From: Phoronis australis
Lineage: Eukaryota > Animalia > Phoronida
DNA length: 64,000 bases
Assembly (NCBI GenBank): GCA_002633005.1
Contig: NMRA01000133.1
Location: forward strand, 490,627-554,626
Direction: 5' to 3'
The notes under the pieces were generated by a model. The model made no database searches. It was not told where the DNA came from and was given only the letters and a program-made list of their open reading frames with translations. A program made the position numbers and the translations under genes. How positions within the stretch are numbered: position 1 is the stretch's first letter; each line of letters starts with the position of its first letter. This document shows positions 1 to 13,500 of this stretch, piece after piece.

Positions 1-124
1 TGGAAATCTTCAAAAATCGCAGGGGGGCGCTTAACCGAGCAGTGGGCGGTTAAATCGAAAATCCATCTAAAGTAGGGGGTGGGTGGTTAACTGAGCATGG
101 GCGTTAACCCGAACGTTTACGGTA
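1..124. mobile_element. End of a non-autonomous DNA transposon (TACCGTA-type terminus), truncated by the window edge
   Basis: G-rich GGGCGCTTA-type subterminal motifs ending ...TTTACGGTA; same architecture as the element at 41363-42889. Confidence 0.5.
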
Positions 125-1456
125 TTACCGTTAATTTCAAATGAAAACACGTGATTTTGGCAAGATTTTTTCGCCGCTAAACAGCTATTGAACTCTACCA
201 TACTCTACCACAGTTCTCCCTCGACTCATTCACCCCTCAACAAAAACAAGGCAAGCTCCTGGTACACGTAACACACCATTTCGGGCTTCAAATACAACCA
301 AATATTTTAGAGGGTGGAATGCACCAGTTTTCGTGTTGAAAGTTAGTTTGGCGGCGTGATGTTAGAAACAGGAGCGTGGCGTTATAGATAGCACTGTATT
401 TTACATACGTCATGTACACAGAACTATATATTGGCATATATCAGGTACATCTATTTTGACAAAATAACTCTTACAATGACCAGGCACGTGACAGCGAAAC
501 ATTTTGCTCATAACTTGCCTAAATTGGCAAACTTTACCAAACCGTGAGCAAGCATTAAACAGTTCTACTACAGATAAGACAACAGTATCAAATGCAGCAT
601 TTCTGGGACAAAATATGAACCAACAAAATATAGAAAGCTACTATAATACAACAAGGGTTTTACACACCTAATAACACTGATTTTTCATATTTTTCAATAA
701 ATTTGAGCCACGATTTGCGACCTAACAACACATACCATAAGCTTAAATGAGCCCCCTAACATCACACCTCTAACTCAATGTATAAATTCAATATTTTCAG
801 GCAGCATGCTGCACTTCAAACAAAACTAGTCACCATGCCAAATACTTGCATTCATACCTTCATCTTGTCCCTCAATGTCTGGGTTGTCTCTCATCAAAAG
901 AGTAAGTCTCTACTCCCGAATCAGACCGAGGCCACGGCTATATACATGTACAATAAAGTTCTAATTGATCGCATGCAGTTAGTGTAACATAAACGTCATT
1001 GCGTAGCGTGCTTAAACAGTTGCGAGACTGCGAATTTGTTTGGCAGGACTGTATTTAAACATGTGACTTAAGATCAAGTTCTATTTCGAAAACTTGTAAG
1101 GAAATTGCGCAGCACAGAAATCTTACTAAAACCCGACTTTTGGTTGCGTGCTAACAACATACAACTCAAGACATGCTCAATAAATGCAAGACTCCATAGA
1201 GGCTTCACACCTCATGTCATGGACGACTTGAGCAATTCGCAAATTCTACAGTCATCCAAGAATACTCCAAATTACCGACTCTGTTTAATCAGATCCTGAA
1301 TTTTGAAATGAGTTTAGACGAGATTCATATACCATAGTCAGGTTGGTGGGTGTAATCCTAACTTCTAACCAAACATTGCCTTAAAGCATAAATTGGAAAT
1401 GGTTCATTTAGGACACCAGATCATCACCAAACACCATTTTAGAATTTTGCACGTTT

Positions 1457-1694
1457 CAGGGCTTGGAATGACCGACGACAAAAAGAGGAAAATTTGGTAG
1501 ATGATGTTTCGTTCCACAAATAAATAAGCATGAGTGATAGAAATACTTTTTGTGTAGTAAAATTAAAGTGAAATAAAACGTTTTTGCATGAATAAATTCA
1601 AAATAATGAGAAAAAATAGACATCCGGAAATCAAGAGGAAATCACAACCAAAAAAGAGGAAATCCTCTTAAAAGAGGAAAAATTCCAAGCCCTG
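1457..1694. mobile_element. MITE, 238 bp, hAT-like
   Basis: 13-bp TIR CAGGGCTTGGAAT/ATTCCAAGCCCTG; subterminal AAGAGGAAA repeats; near 6-bp TSD acgttt/aagttt. Confidence 0.8.
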
Positions 1695-2552
1695 AAGTTT
1701 TCTTCAGGAATGAAACAAACCATGGGATAACAATACTAGACTAGTATTTAATCTGGCAGTGACAATAAAGCCAGGGCTAAAAATTTGTGAAAAATGCACT
1801 GGGATAGCAAAACTTCCAGGAACAAGCCACATGTCATTTACCAGGTTGGCGAGGAGGTAGTCTCGCCCGTCAACAACTAGCGACAGATACTTGCACTTAA
1901 CCCTGGTGTATTGCACTCCCAAACCCAGGAAGTAAAATGACAATAAGTACCTAATAAATACCTGAAAATCATAACATGTTAATTAATAGTTTTATCAGTG
2001 GAAGTTCAAATTGGCCACAATGCCAACGAGCTTGTAAAACCTGGGATATCATGATAAATACATACTTTCAAGAGTTCATACTTATCAGGCTAAAATTACG
2101 ACTGTTCAGGCTAACTGTCAACAATATCTTCCAACAGAACATTTAAACTAGTCAGACAAAGGGTGACACTTTCAGTCATTTATTTACGACACCAGAAATT
2201 TCAAATTCTCTGATGAAACATTTTCAGTTTGATTTTCTTTCAGTGTCTTATTGTGTCATTTTGTGACCCACCAGTCTCTTGGTCCCGCTCTCTCATCGCC
2301 CTTCACACCTTGCCCTTCCATGGCTTTCTCCCCTGCCTGACATCTGTTGGCCAGATTCTAACTCACAACATGCAACATTTGCAGAAGAAACAGTTGACAA
2401 GCTGACTCTCTTCTATGTCAATGCACGATCCACAAGACCTTCAATTGCACTACAGCAAGATAGGATCATCCAAGAAGCTGACACATACCTTAGTAAAGAG
2501 CACATGCTCCTGACTAAAGTTTTGTTCAGGAAATACTCTCATCACAACTGCC

Positions 2553-2780
2553 ACACTGTGGTACCTAGTCTATACACTGTGGTACCTAGTCTATACACTG
2601 TGGTACCTAGTCTATACACTGTGGTACCTAGTCTATACACTGTGGTACCTAGTCTATACACTGTGGTACCTAGTCTATACACTGTGGTACCTAGTCTATA
2701 CACTGTGGCACCTAGTCTATACACTGTGGTACCTAGTCTATACACTGTGGTACCTAGTCTATACACTGTGGTACCTAGTC
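2553..2780. repeat. Minisatellite, 21-bp unit (ACACTGTGGTACCTAGTCTAT), about 11 copies
   Basis: Near-perfect tandem units; source of the YTVVPSL pseudo-ORF. Confidence 0.95.
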
Positions 2781-3379
2781 AGAAGTCTATACACTTGAGC
2801 TCCACATTCCTATCAGAGCTAAGTATTCTGTGGTCTTCACACCCCTGAGTTATCATAAATTCTGCACACACAAGCCCAAATTGCAAAAGAGGCTAAAACA
2901 ATATGGCTGACCACTAAATGGCTAAGGCATCTATTACTGTTACAATAATATTGCATCGTTTTGTGACCTAAACCCAGCCAGGCATTGCATGTGACAGACG
3001 TGACACAAACATTATTGTTGAGCTTGCAGTTGAAAATGACAAGACTGCCAAAAATAGTTTCACTAAGAAACAACCCTTAATTCCATACCACAAGGGCCAT
3101 ACCAACACTTGATTAATTTTGTTTCTCAATGAAGACCTACATGGCAACTAACTCTAAACCACAGCAACTCAAAGTCCCTGCTGGTCACCATCATTCTCGT
3201 CACCTTTGTCATCGTCATCATCTCCAGTCATTATCACATAGCCTTTAAGACGGCGACCATCACACATGGGTTGCTGGCCACCACATGAAACAACCCCAAA
3301 GAGGGACTAAACCATGTCCTTAACTTTTCACCTCATATGTCGACTCATGTAGGCACTGTTTGGCCTTTATATTACTATG

Positions 3380-3660
3380 CTATTTTGTTTACGAAGTCAA
3401 TTTTTAACTTTGATGTCCACCCGGAGCAAACTCTATATTTAATTCTCAATGTTAATGAAAACAAATACGGATCTTTCCATACAACGTCCCAAATTCAAGG
3501 ATTATTTATTTTCGCTGAAAGATGGGCTCAGTTTTCAAATACATTACTAAAATGTCATTCGTCAAAGTGTAGCTCACACCAACTATAACTGGACAACACT
3601 TGTGTGAGCAGAAGAATTGGGAACTTAGTTGAGTCTCTATTTGGGACTGCATAATGCAGT
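3380..3660. mobile_element. Diverged inverted copy of the 10211-10642 MITE
   Basis: Collinear similarity to the reverse complement of about 10215-10530, e.g. GGGCTCAGTTTT and GGGAACTTAGTTGAGTCTCTATTTGGGACTG. Confidence 0.65.
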
Positions 3661-4417
3661 TAAGGTTATGAATGACCTTATGGACAACTCTGTGCATTCA
3701 GTCAAATATCAACAAAACAATAGAATTTATCTCAACCCTGATGTATTTGAATTTTGACTTCATAATAATCTGCTTATGACTGGGTCGCGTGATAATGTCT
3801 TTTTTAGTAAAATTTAGCAAAAAGAAAGGCACAAGCATAGAAAAAGAATGGTATTTATAAAATGACAAAATTTTGTTAGATATAAAGGAATCTCAAAAAA
3901 GTTCCTCACGCCAAAGTCGATAGATTTAAAACAATTTCTTAGTAAACTTTGAAAAACAATGCACAAAGCACGGTATATGAAAGTTTGATCAGCCACTTTT
4001 TAAGACATAATTTTTCAAAGTTAACCAAACTTGGACATTTTTCTAGGGTCATAACTGTTAACTGACAGACTAGGACCAACTGCCACATCCATCCTAGTTA
4101 CATAATCCAAACTGATATGCACCTCTTGAACACCCTTCACCAAACCTGTGTTTAATTATGAATAGCTATGGCGTTCAACAACCATGCATACTTTCATTTG
4201 TCTTGACACCCTCAAATCCACATTGCCGTGTGCATATTGCATCATAAATAACGAAGCACGGTTAATTATAAACAACAATTAAAGAACGTTTCTACTGTGA
4301 AATGCTGCACTCAACACATGGCACAGTACAACACGTCGTCTTTGACCTCTCACGTCGTCTTTAACCTCTCACTTTGTTTTCCTTTTCATAACGCCTTCTC
4401 ACATCCTTCTTCATTTC

Positions 4418-4517
4418 TCACGCCTCAGTGTCATCACCTTCATGACCCTTAAGACGTAGCCGGGCAAAATCCTCAAAAATAAGGTCGTCATCCTTGTCCG
4501 CATAACAACTCTCACCA
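4418..4517 (-). CDS. ARRB1: Beta-arrestin terminal coding exon 13 ([32 protein letters not shown])
   Basis: ttgcag|T GGT...GCG TGA; AP-2 beta-appendage binding motif DxxFxxFxxxR. Confidence 0.96.
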
Positions 4518-7500
4518 CTGCAAAACAAGATGGAGATTAAACTTTTATTTAGTCACTAGGAAGGTCATTGAGCAGACAATATTACTTTTCTTACAGTGAA
4601 TCAGCTTGGATGATATTTTAGCACAAAACGTGTCAGTGACAAACCCGAGAAGATACTCTGGCTTTAATGAAACAAACTTATGTTAATCAAAACAAAGTTA
4701 AAGCAGCAACACGGTTCTATGTGTTAGAATTGTTAGAGCCAACATGGCGCTATGTGTTAGGATTGTTAGAGCCAACATGGCGCTATGTGTTATCATTGTT
4801 AGAGCCAACATGGTTCTATGTGTTAGCATCATTAGAGCCAACATGGCGCTATGTGTTAGCATTGTTAGAGCCAACATGGCGCTATGTGTTAGCATCGTTT
4901 GAGCCAACATGGTTCTATGTGTTAGCATTGCTAGATCCAACAAAGAGATTCCGGACACCCCTGCTGAAGATGAATAGCGCTCGAACTAAACCCATGGCAC
5001 TAAAACGTTTTTACACCAAAGAAGACCGCTCCAACCAACAACTTCAAAGATGAGTGAAACCTGTCACAATGCAGGCAAACTTACTTTGTATCTAGTTGAA
5101 TCAAGTTTGTATCGACAGGCACATTGTCATCAGGGTTACTAGTGGCCACCACACTAGCTGGCCGACTTGGAGGGGGTGACTCTGGTGGCTTAGGATGGGT
5201 CAGCGTGAACGGCAACTCCACAGAGAGGTCACTGCAAAAACAACAACAGACAAACATTACAACCTTATATTTGCTTTAAATCCAGTCAGTCATAGGGTTC
5301 TTCCTCCAATTATGATTGATGAAAGGAGCCACAATCTCTTTTAAGTCACTCGTAAGTTTTTATCCTCTAAGACCCTACTTAAACCTTACTTAGAGCTTAC
5401 TTAAAGAAGTGATGAACCTGCCTACTGCCTAACAAGACTGATCTCGACTCGTTCCTTATACGAATTTGAAGTGGAAGAAATGACAAACAATTCCAACTCG
5501 AGACCACGCGCAGCGCATAAAATGACCACTCTGGTCACTCCAACTTATTGACCCTATCTCAAGCAGTATGGATGACAAAAGTTGGACGTAACGTGCCCGT
5601 AATTTGAGAACCAGGTTGATGCTCATTATTCAGTGGAGAAAACTGGTTCTCAAAATTCAGCAATATATATCCGACCATTACCGGAATGAACTGTTAGTTC
5701 TACCAAAGGCCAGAAAGCACTCCTCATCTGTGTACGGAACAAGTTAAGATCGATCTTAAAATGTTAAGTAAATGAACACCAGAAGGCAATCTTGACAGAT
5801 ACCAGGTTTGTAGCTGCACAATATACCCCCCATTCTCCTGCCATTGTCAATATTTCTAATATGACACATACAGTAACAAAACCCACATTTTGAATGAGAC
5901 TGCGTATTGCCATGATTTTGGTCAGAACTTATTTCTGAGATAGGGAAGAGCTGACAATTGTTGATACTAGCCACTAAAGTTGAACGTTAATTGGCTTTCA
6001 TTTAAAAGCTTTTAATTAGAGGACCTCCATGTGACAAGTAGTCTTGTGAAATAAAAAATACGACAAATTTGTCCTTTCACACTTCTTCCGGTTCCATGAA
6101 TGTGTGGACAGCTAATCATCTGTTTTAGATGTTTTTATTTCTCTCTTGACTAACAAGCTTCTTGGTGACCCCCAGTATAATAGATACAACAACTACCATG
6201 ACCCGTGGAGAGGCTAAGTAGATACACTATCTTGTTCGATATCTTCAGATTTCAAGATGGCCACCCAACTACCACCCGAAGCGGATATGATTACAAAAGA
6301 ACTCATGTGCGACATGCTATCCAGGTACGAGAAAACACACGACATCGAGGTTGAACATCTTCAAGTGTCAAGAATGACTAAACCGGGTGAGTAACAAACT
6401 TCTTCACATGATAATTTCTGTCGCTCGTTACTCGAATCACACAACTGGAAATCATCAATTTGTTTTCATCACAACTGTTAATGTCACTACGTCTTTCGAA
6501 AACAATTTACAATATTTTAAATTTGAATTTTGCAGCTAAAATAACCCATTGAGATTACAAATAAAAATATCCATAAAACAGTTCTACAGCAAATCACTTC
6601 TTATATGGCACATTACAAAAAATTATATAAAAGGCAAATTCATGCAAATAGCCAACTGTTGCTAATTCATTTGACTAAATTTTAGGAAACTATTTTCACT
6701 TTATTTAGGTTAAACAATTTATGAAATGGATTTCAAGCACGTTAGTTAAGTTGAATTTGTGCCCTAATACATCTCATTCACCACAACTCCAAACATTTTC
6801 AATGTTAACTGAATGTAATAAGAATCCATTTTTGGAGGTGCAGTACCACCTAAAATGGCTGCACTGTAGTAAGCGACAGCAAACTACTGCATTATGGGTA
6901 CTCTCTCAACTGCTGCCACACAGGCAGGAAGTTACAAAGTATTTGTTTTTGTGATAACTTTCCACTGACGAAGCTCATTATGTGTTCAAAATTGTTGAAC
7001 GCAAAGTGACAAGTTATCTTTAATGTTTTTTTTTGTAATTTAAGGTGAGCACATTGGAAGCTGCATACTGCGAGTGTGCGTAACCACTAAGTCATTGGAC
7101 GGTGTCAGCAAACAGCATCACTTGGTCGTTAAGACTAACTTCACTGACCCAGTCCAAGCACAGAGAGTGACAAATAACCTAATGTTTGTCAAGGAGATCC
7201 AAACCTTTAAAGAGCTCCTCCCTGCTGCAAACAGCCGGATTCGGGAGATAACTGCAGGGCAAGATGGGGTCACTTACGCAGTGTCAGTACCAGAGATGGT
7301 TGGTTACAGACTGGGAGAGGGGCATACTAGCATGTTGGCACTGAAGGACCTCAGTACAGAGGGTTACAAGAAGGTGAATGTATCGGAGAGTCTAGACATA
7401 TGTCACTGCAAGCAAGCCATGAAAGAAGTGGCTGCCTTCCACGCCATTGGCTACCTGCTGAAAGATGGGGTCACAAGGGAGGCGTTTCTGACGAGGTATC

Positions 7501-10500
7501 CTTATCTGGGCGTCTTCAACTACACCAGCCAAGAGTTCATTGCACCTTTCATGGACATTATCCGACTCACTTCAGACAGTCTTGTGGAGTTCATTCTGAC
7601 CTCTGACCTTAGTGAGGACCTCAAGCAGCAGGCTGGCAAACTACGTCTGCACGACCCTGTTGCAGAGCCCAAAAGCTGCAGTGCTCCAGTAGAACCGTTT
7701 GCAACCATATGCCTCTTGGACTTCTCGACAAGGAACATGCTGTTCAGATATGACGATCAAGGGGTGCCAGTTGGGGTCAAACTTCTCGACTTCCAGACTG
7801 TATATTATGGGTCGCCAACATTCGATTTATCAATGTTTCTCTATACAGCCTGTTTTGACGGCATCAAGCAGGACATATTGGACGACTTGCTGAGCACGTA
7901 CTACAATGCTCTAGCGGATAATTTGAAAAAATTGAGAGTGCCACTGAAGTTCACTTATCAGGAGTTCTTCAAAGAGTTCATGAGAACACGACTATCCGCT
8001 CTGTGGTACGGACTGATGACACCTCCCTTCTTTCTCATAATGGGTGGATTTTTGGCTAGAGATGAAGTGAAAGATCCCACCTCAGGTGGACCAGCTAAAC
8101 AATTGGCTAAAGCATTGAGTAGGAGTGTCTATGCGCCATTTCTGTTAGACACATACAGGCTGCTGTCAACATATAACTTTTCAGTGACCTTACAACCTCT
8201 TTAGAAGCCAAAGGATGCATGGGAGATAACTTTACTTTAAAACGATTCTAAATCATTCTTTTTACTATTACGATCGATTTTAATTGTTTGGAATCGAAAG
8301 TAGACAAGATTTTACCAATTTTTACAAAGTTTTGTACTTTTTTGAAAACATTGTCTTTTTAAAGCTGTACTTCACCCAGTCTAGTTGGCTAAAAACAAAG
8401 ATGCAACTTGGCCTTTTATTCAAATAAAATTTGTCTCATGACATTCCATACCATGATGGGATTCTATTTCTGATAACAACGAGAACAATGAAACCATCAA
8501 CGACTTGAGCAAACGCATAATAAGTTAGAGTTCATTGGGGTTGGCCTACTCTAAAACCGTGAATTTGAAAATGTCACTGAAATACATTGCCTGTGAATTT
8601 GAAAATGGTCACTGAAATACATTGCCTGTGACTCCAGTTCCCGGCTCATTTCGGAACAATTCAAGATCAGGCGAGCGTGTTGATGCTTTTAAAATCGTAT
8701 TCAACAAAACTGGGTCCAGCAAGAGGCTTTTGACATTCCCAAGAATACCTCGATATCTTTTTTATTGTTTTATTCTACAACGGCAGTGGGTGCACCCGGT
8801 GGTGAATCAAGTGCGTGAGATATGGACGAAATGGCTGTACACTTTCTACATCAAGGTACTGTCTCTCTGGTTCCAAAAGGGATCTTTATTCAACATTTTT
8901 ATCATTTAAATGTAACCCAGTAATATACATAGTCTCACCTCTTACGTTTTTGTGAAATTTAGTTGTTAAGCTAATGATTCATTTTGCCAGGACTTTCCCC
9001 AGTTTCCCCCCCACAAAGTATAGAATCAAGAGCCTAGTCAGTAAATGTTCGGAATATAGTCCCATGGGCCCCACCTCTGCAACCACAATTGAAAATTTCT
9101 ATGGTTTGTAAAGTGTTCCATTCTCAACAGAGTCAACAAGTGTCAAGTAAAATGAGAAACAGGACCAAGTGTATTTCAGCACATTTTTGCCTTAAACAGT
9201 ACAACATACAACAAACTTTAGGTACCATGGCATGGTAACCTCTCTTAACTATACAAGTTGGTCCTCATTACCCGTCCAAGTCACATTTTCCCTCTATATG
9301 TCAAGGCTTGGAATTTTCAGCGGAAACACAGATTTCCGCTTTTTTCTTTTATTCCCTCTGCGTATTTCCGTTATATTTCGGATTTGCCATAAAATTATCG
9401 CGGCAAATTAGTTTCTCACCATGGTGTTGCCAATGACTCGAAAAGCGGAAACTGCTCTTTATGTTTCGGAGGAACGAAAATAGTAATTGCGAATCACAGG
9501 TGCTCGAAATTTCCTGATGACTCGTAACCATATATCAGAAATATGTCTTCTTAGTGATGAGTGATGGCAGTGGAAATCGAGGAACACATAAATTCAAGCG
9601 CCTGTGCCTGGGATACCGTGGTTCATCAATGGCGTCTGCATTTGGTACAAAATCGCGGTGACAAATAGTGCGATTCTGTGGTCAAAAATGCGAGAAGTAG
9701 ACAGAATATTTCGTGGAAAAAGTGGATAAAAGAAACGGTCAATGTCTTCACAAACAACATAAGTCAAGGTTTGTGCTCTGTAAACTCTGAGAGAGGAACA
9801 ATTACGGAGTGCGTGGCCGAGTCGCCTTGGACAAAGTTGGAGTCAGAGGACCGACTGAAAACGATAAAACACTAGAAATAACGGTTCCTGAAAGGAAATC
9901 CAACCGTAACACGTTATTCGTTGGACTGGAATCGTGAGATGTGAGTGATGTATGTCCAAGCTTGGGGTATTAGTCCAATTTTCACTATCCTTATTTATTA
10001 TCTAAATTATCAACCTGTTTTAATTGTATCTTTGTTACATGTATTTAATTATTATTTTACTACTTTATTGTATTATATTACTGTTTTATATTTTGTTGTT
10101 GAGGGTCCTCTTGGAAAGCAGTGCTTTCAATGAAAAGGCCACCCTCATTTTAAATGTTACAATAAACAAATGAAAAAATAAAATTAGAAACATGCAAGGC
10201 AATGACCAGTGGCTGGTTGCATGAAACAGTCCCAAATAGGGACCCAACTAAGGTCCCTAAGTCTTTTTGCGTATTTGTGTCTTTATGGACTCACAGATGC
10301 AATATTTTTCTATCATTTCATCCTCATTATGAGCTCCTCTTTGATTACTGACATTTTCTAACAATTGAACTAAAAACTGAGCCCAGAGTTCATTGAAAAT
10401 AAATAGGGACCCAGCCCTTAAATTGGGGGTGTTGCATGAAAAGATCCCGAAAGATTTTCGATAATATTGACAATTCAACGTAGAATTCACTCTTGACTTG

Positions 10501-13500
10501 TATCAAAGTACAAAATTGACTTAGTAGTGAAACTAAAACAATTCAAGAAAGGGCAATCGATGTTTTCACAAGTCCAAAAATACGCAGTAGATTTAGGGAA
10601 CTTAGTCGAGTCCCTATTTGGGACTGTTTCATGCAACCGGGCAAAGGAGACCAGACATTCTAGAAAGTCTGATTCTTTGTTGCTGACGTACCTGGTGCCC
10701 AGAAGTCCCAGAATCAAACGAACTTTGACTTTGTACTGCACCACAATGCCAAGATTTTCTTTCTGACTAGGATCTTGGATTCTGAAATGACAGCATACCA
10801 CATGTGAACAGCATACGACCTGTGAACAGCACTATGTAGATGGTGAGATTCCAGCCAATATTAGGAAACATTTTAAACATGGCCACTTTACCCATGAAAG
10901 AAGAGACACGTTACTGATACTTTCCTTTAATAAATTTTGCAGCAAGAACGGATTGTAATATCAAATTTATCGATACAATTTTAAAATAAGGTTCCATAAA
11001 AATGGCTTAGGGTTTCATTCTGGGGCTTGGCTATTCAAAACCCATAGGGGAGTAATAAAATAATCATCTTCTCAGCCAGGACTACAAACCCTCTTTTAAT
11101 CTGTGTTTAGTTAGTCCAAGTGGGACACTTATATGAGGGCTGTTCCAGTAAAATCCATGTGGGAGGGGGGGACGGCAGTAGAAATAAAAATTCATGGGTG
11201 GTGGTCTTCAGAAAAAAACTCAAATTATGGGTGGTCATTCCTGTAAGAAGTGATGCATTAAAAATGGGTGGTATTTTTTGATCTGTTAACCTTGACAGGT
11301 TGGTTAATTCAGCCAACACATCTCCAAAGAAATCAAAACTCAAAAAATGCGATTGGCATATATCCCAACTTATCCCAATACAAAAAAGCCCATATTGCCA
11401 GTGAACAGAGTGCAATATGTTCACTAAGCCATTAATCAAGTCATGGGCAACTTGATTTGAACCAAGTGCTTGTCTGCAGTCCTATTGAATTGAAAAGTTA
11501 TGCAACACTAAACTGGTGTTAACACATATAAGAAAATTGATGATTTTTAAATAAAAAGTATGAGGAGTAAGATAAACAAGTTCCAATATTCACTTGACAT
11601 AGAAGTATAAAAGAGTTTGTGGAGACAGTTTGAGATTCATAGATCCTTATAATTGAAAAAATGTTCATTGAAATTATAGACACATGGTGAACAGAGACAC
11701 CTGGTGGCTGCCAAAAGTATTGTTCACAGGCTACTTTAATTTTTGACAATATTGGACAAGACAACTAGTTCTTGTCTGTCAATCATCTAAGTTCTTAACA
11801 GGTCCTCCTGGAGGCAATTTGTTTGCAAGTGTTGGATTTTATATTTTAACCTATTAAAAATAATTAAAAAATTATGGGTCATGGGTTGGAGAAATAAATG
11901 AAAAATATGGGCGGTGGGTACGAAATAAAAGTGCCTTCCCCCCCCCTCCCATACAGATTTTGCTGGAACAGCCCTGACTAAGAGCAGGTTTCACAAAGAA
12001 CTACTTTCACTGATCTTGCATGTCAATTTCAAAAGGCCTATTGTGTATGAAAGATGTCCATGACTTACAACCACAGGCAAAATGCTAATCCTCTATCTGA
12101 ACAAGTTACCCCACCAAAACCCAAAATGGTTTTCACGTTTTACACAAGTGTTACCATTGATTGAACGACATCTCTCTTGGCATACTCAGCAGGCGCATCC
12201 CACTAAGCCCATCACAACAGATCCAACCATGAAATGGAACAGTCGTTTAAACTGAGATTTTCAACTAATTCTTTTAAATACTGAATAACTAGTTACTATT
12301 TCTCCTTACATGGTGGACGATGCCAGACAGGTGTCCTCGTGCTTCAACTTCCCGTCCAAGGCTAGCCCCCTCTTGTCTCTGTTCTTCTCCAATAGAGGCG
12401 TCAACTCGTAAACTTTACAGAAGCCTACTTGATTAGCATGAATGGAAAACCCGTCCCTGAGAGTAGTAACGTCAAGATGAGGTAGGAGTAATTAATAGAG
12501 GACACAAGTGGAAGAGCAAACCATTCTCCATAAAATTAACAGAATAAGACCGTTGTTTGATACACATGCATGAATATTTGTCAAGTAAGTGGAATCTGCA
12601 GGGGGTCCGGTTAGCAATACATCTTGTTGCACAGTTGTAGTTTAAGTAGAACTGATGTACATTGAAGGCTTTTAAGGCCAGGACAACACGGAATTCTGAC
12701 AAAGTATGTAACTACAATGATAATCAAAGAGTAACAGCTCCCTGTAACTTCTTACACTTCTAGAGATATTCTTGTGTTAAATTGTGACTTGGGTACTGAA
12801 ACCTCGCACTTGAACGACATAAAAATCAACCTTACACAACAACAACTTGTTTACAAAATGTAGACGAAATAGGAAAAAAAGTGAACACTATTTGAGTGAA
12901 GTGTGCGTGTGGATGTTGCTTCCAATAAAGGTTCATGTGGCAGTATACCTAGCACAGACTAAATTGTAACATACCATTTATATTCGTTAAAGAAATAAAC
13001 CAACACCCAAAAGAAAATCAAAGCTAATGAAATGGTATCCACAAAAACTTCGTTCCCTTTCGTTTGTGTCGAAGCTGTATGAAAGATTGGTAGCCTAAAA
13101 TGGCTGCGAAACAATCTTTCAGCAGTGTGACATTGCACGATTGTAGTGCTGACATGCAACAGAATATAAGGCAAGAGCAATGCAAAGTGATGGTAGACCG
13201 TCAACAGCAAAGGTTCCAGGAGTCAATTTTACAAGTCAACCCATCAAATTGATCAACTTTGAAATAACTGTCGGACAGAGCACACCTTGTTGAGGAACAA
13301 CAGAGATGCTGCTGAGATAGTCACATACAACGGAAAAACAGAGTGTTGGTCCATTCCTATCTTATACCCTTCAAAGGTAAGGCAATTTGAAGCTACTATA
13401 AAAATTACATGTAAACAAGGGCTTGAGTACTTAATACGTTAAAACTCTGTGTATCACTTTCTAACATTTCATCACACTAGGTCAAAGTGTTTTGACAAAA

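Noticed and set aside
2279-2848. 189-aa ORF with YTVVPSL repeats, and similar repeat ORFs at 4667-5053, 37416-37949, 47723-48028 and 56370-56843
   Set aside because: By-products of stop-poor tandem repeats, often open in several frames or strands, with no protein-family signal.
4380-4420. Stop-codon readthrough of arrestin
   Set aside because: Context is TGA-GAA, not the leaky TGA-C(TA) type; no other support.
7074-8204. Intronless or bacterial-type kinase starting at GTG 7074 (HGT or retrocopy)
   Set aside because: The frame extends to a splice acceptor at 7044 and joins an ATG-bearing exon at 6257-6386, so it is an ordinary spliced gene.
9302-9965. Full MITE related to 1457-1694 (starts CAAGGCTTGGAAT)
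   Set aside because: A left-end-like motif is present, but I could not define a convincing right TIR or TSD.
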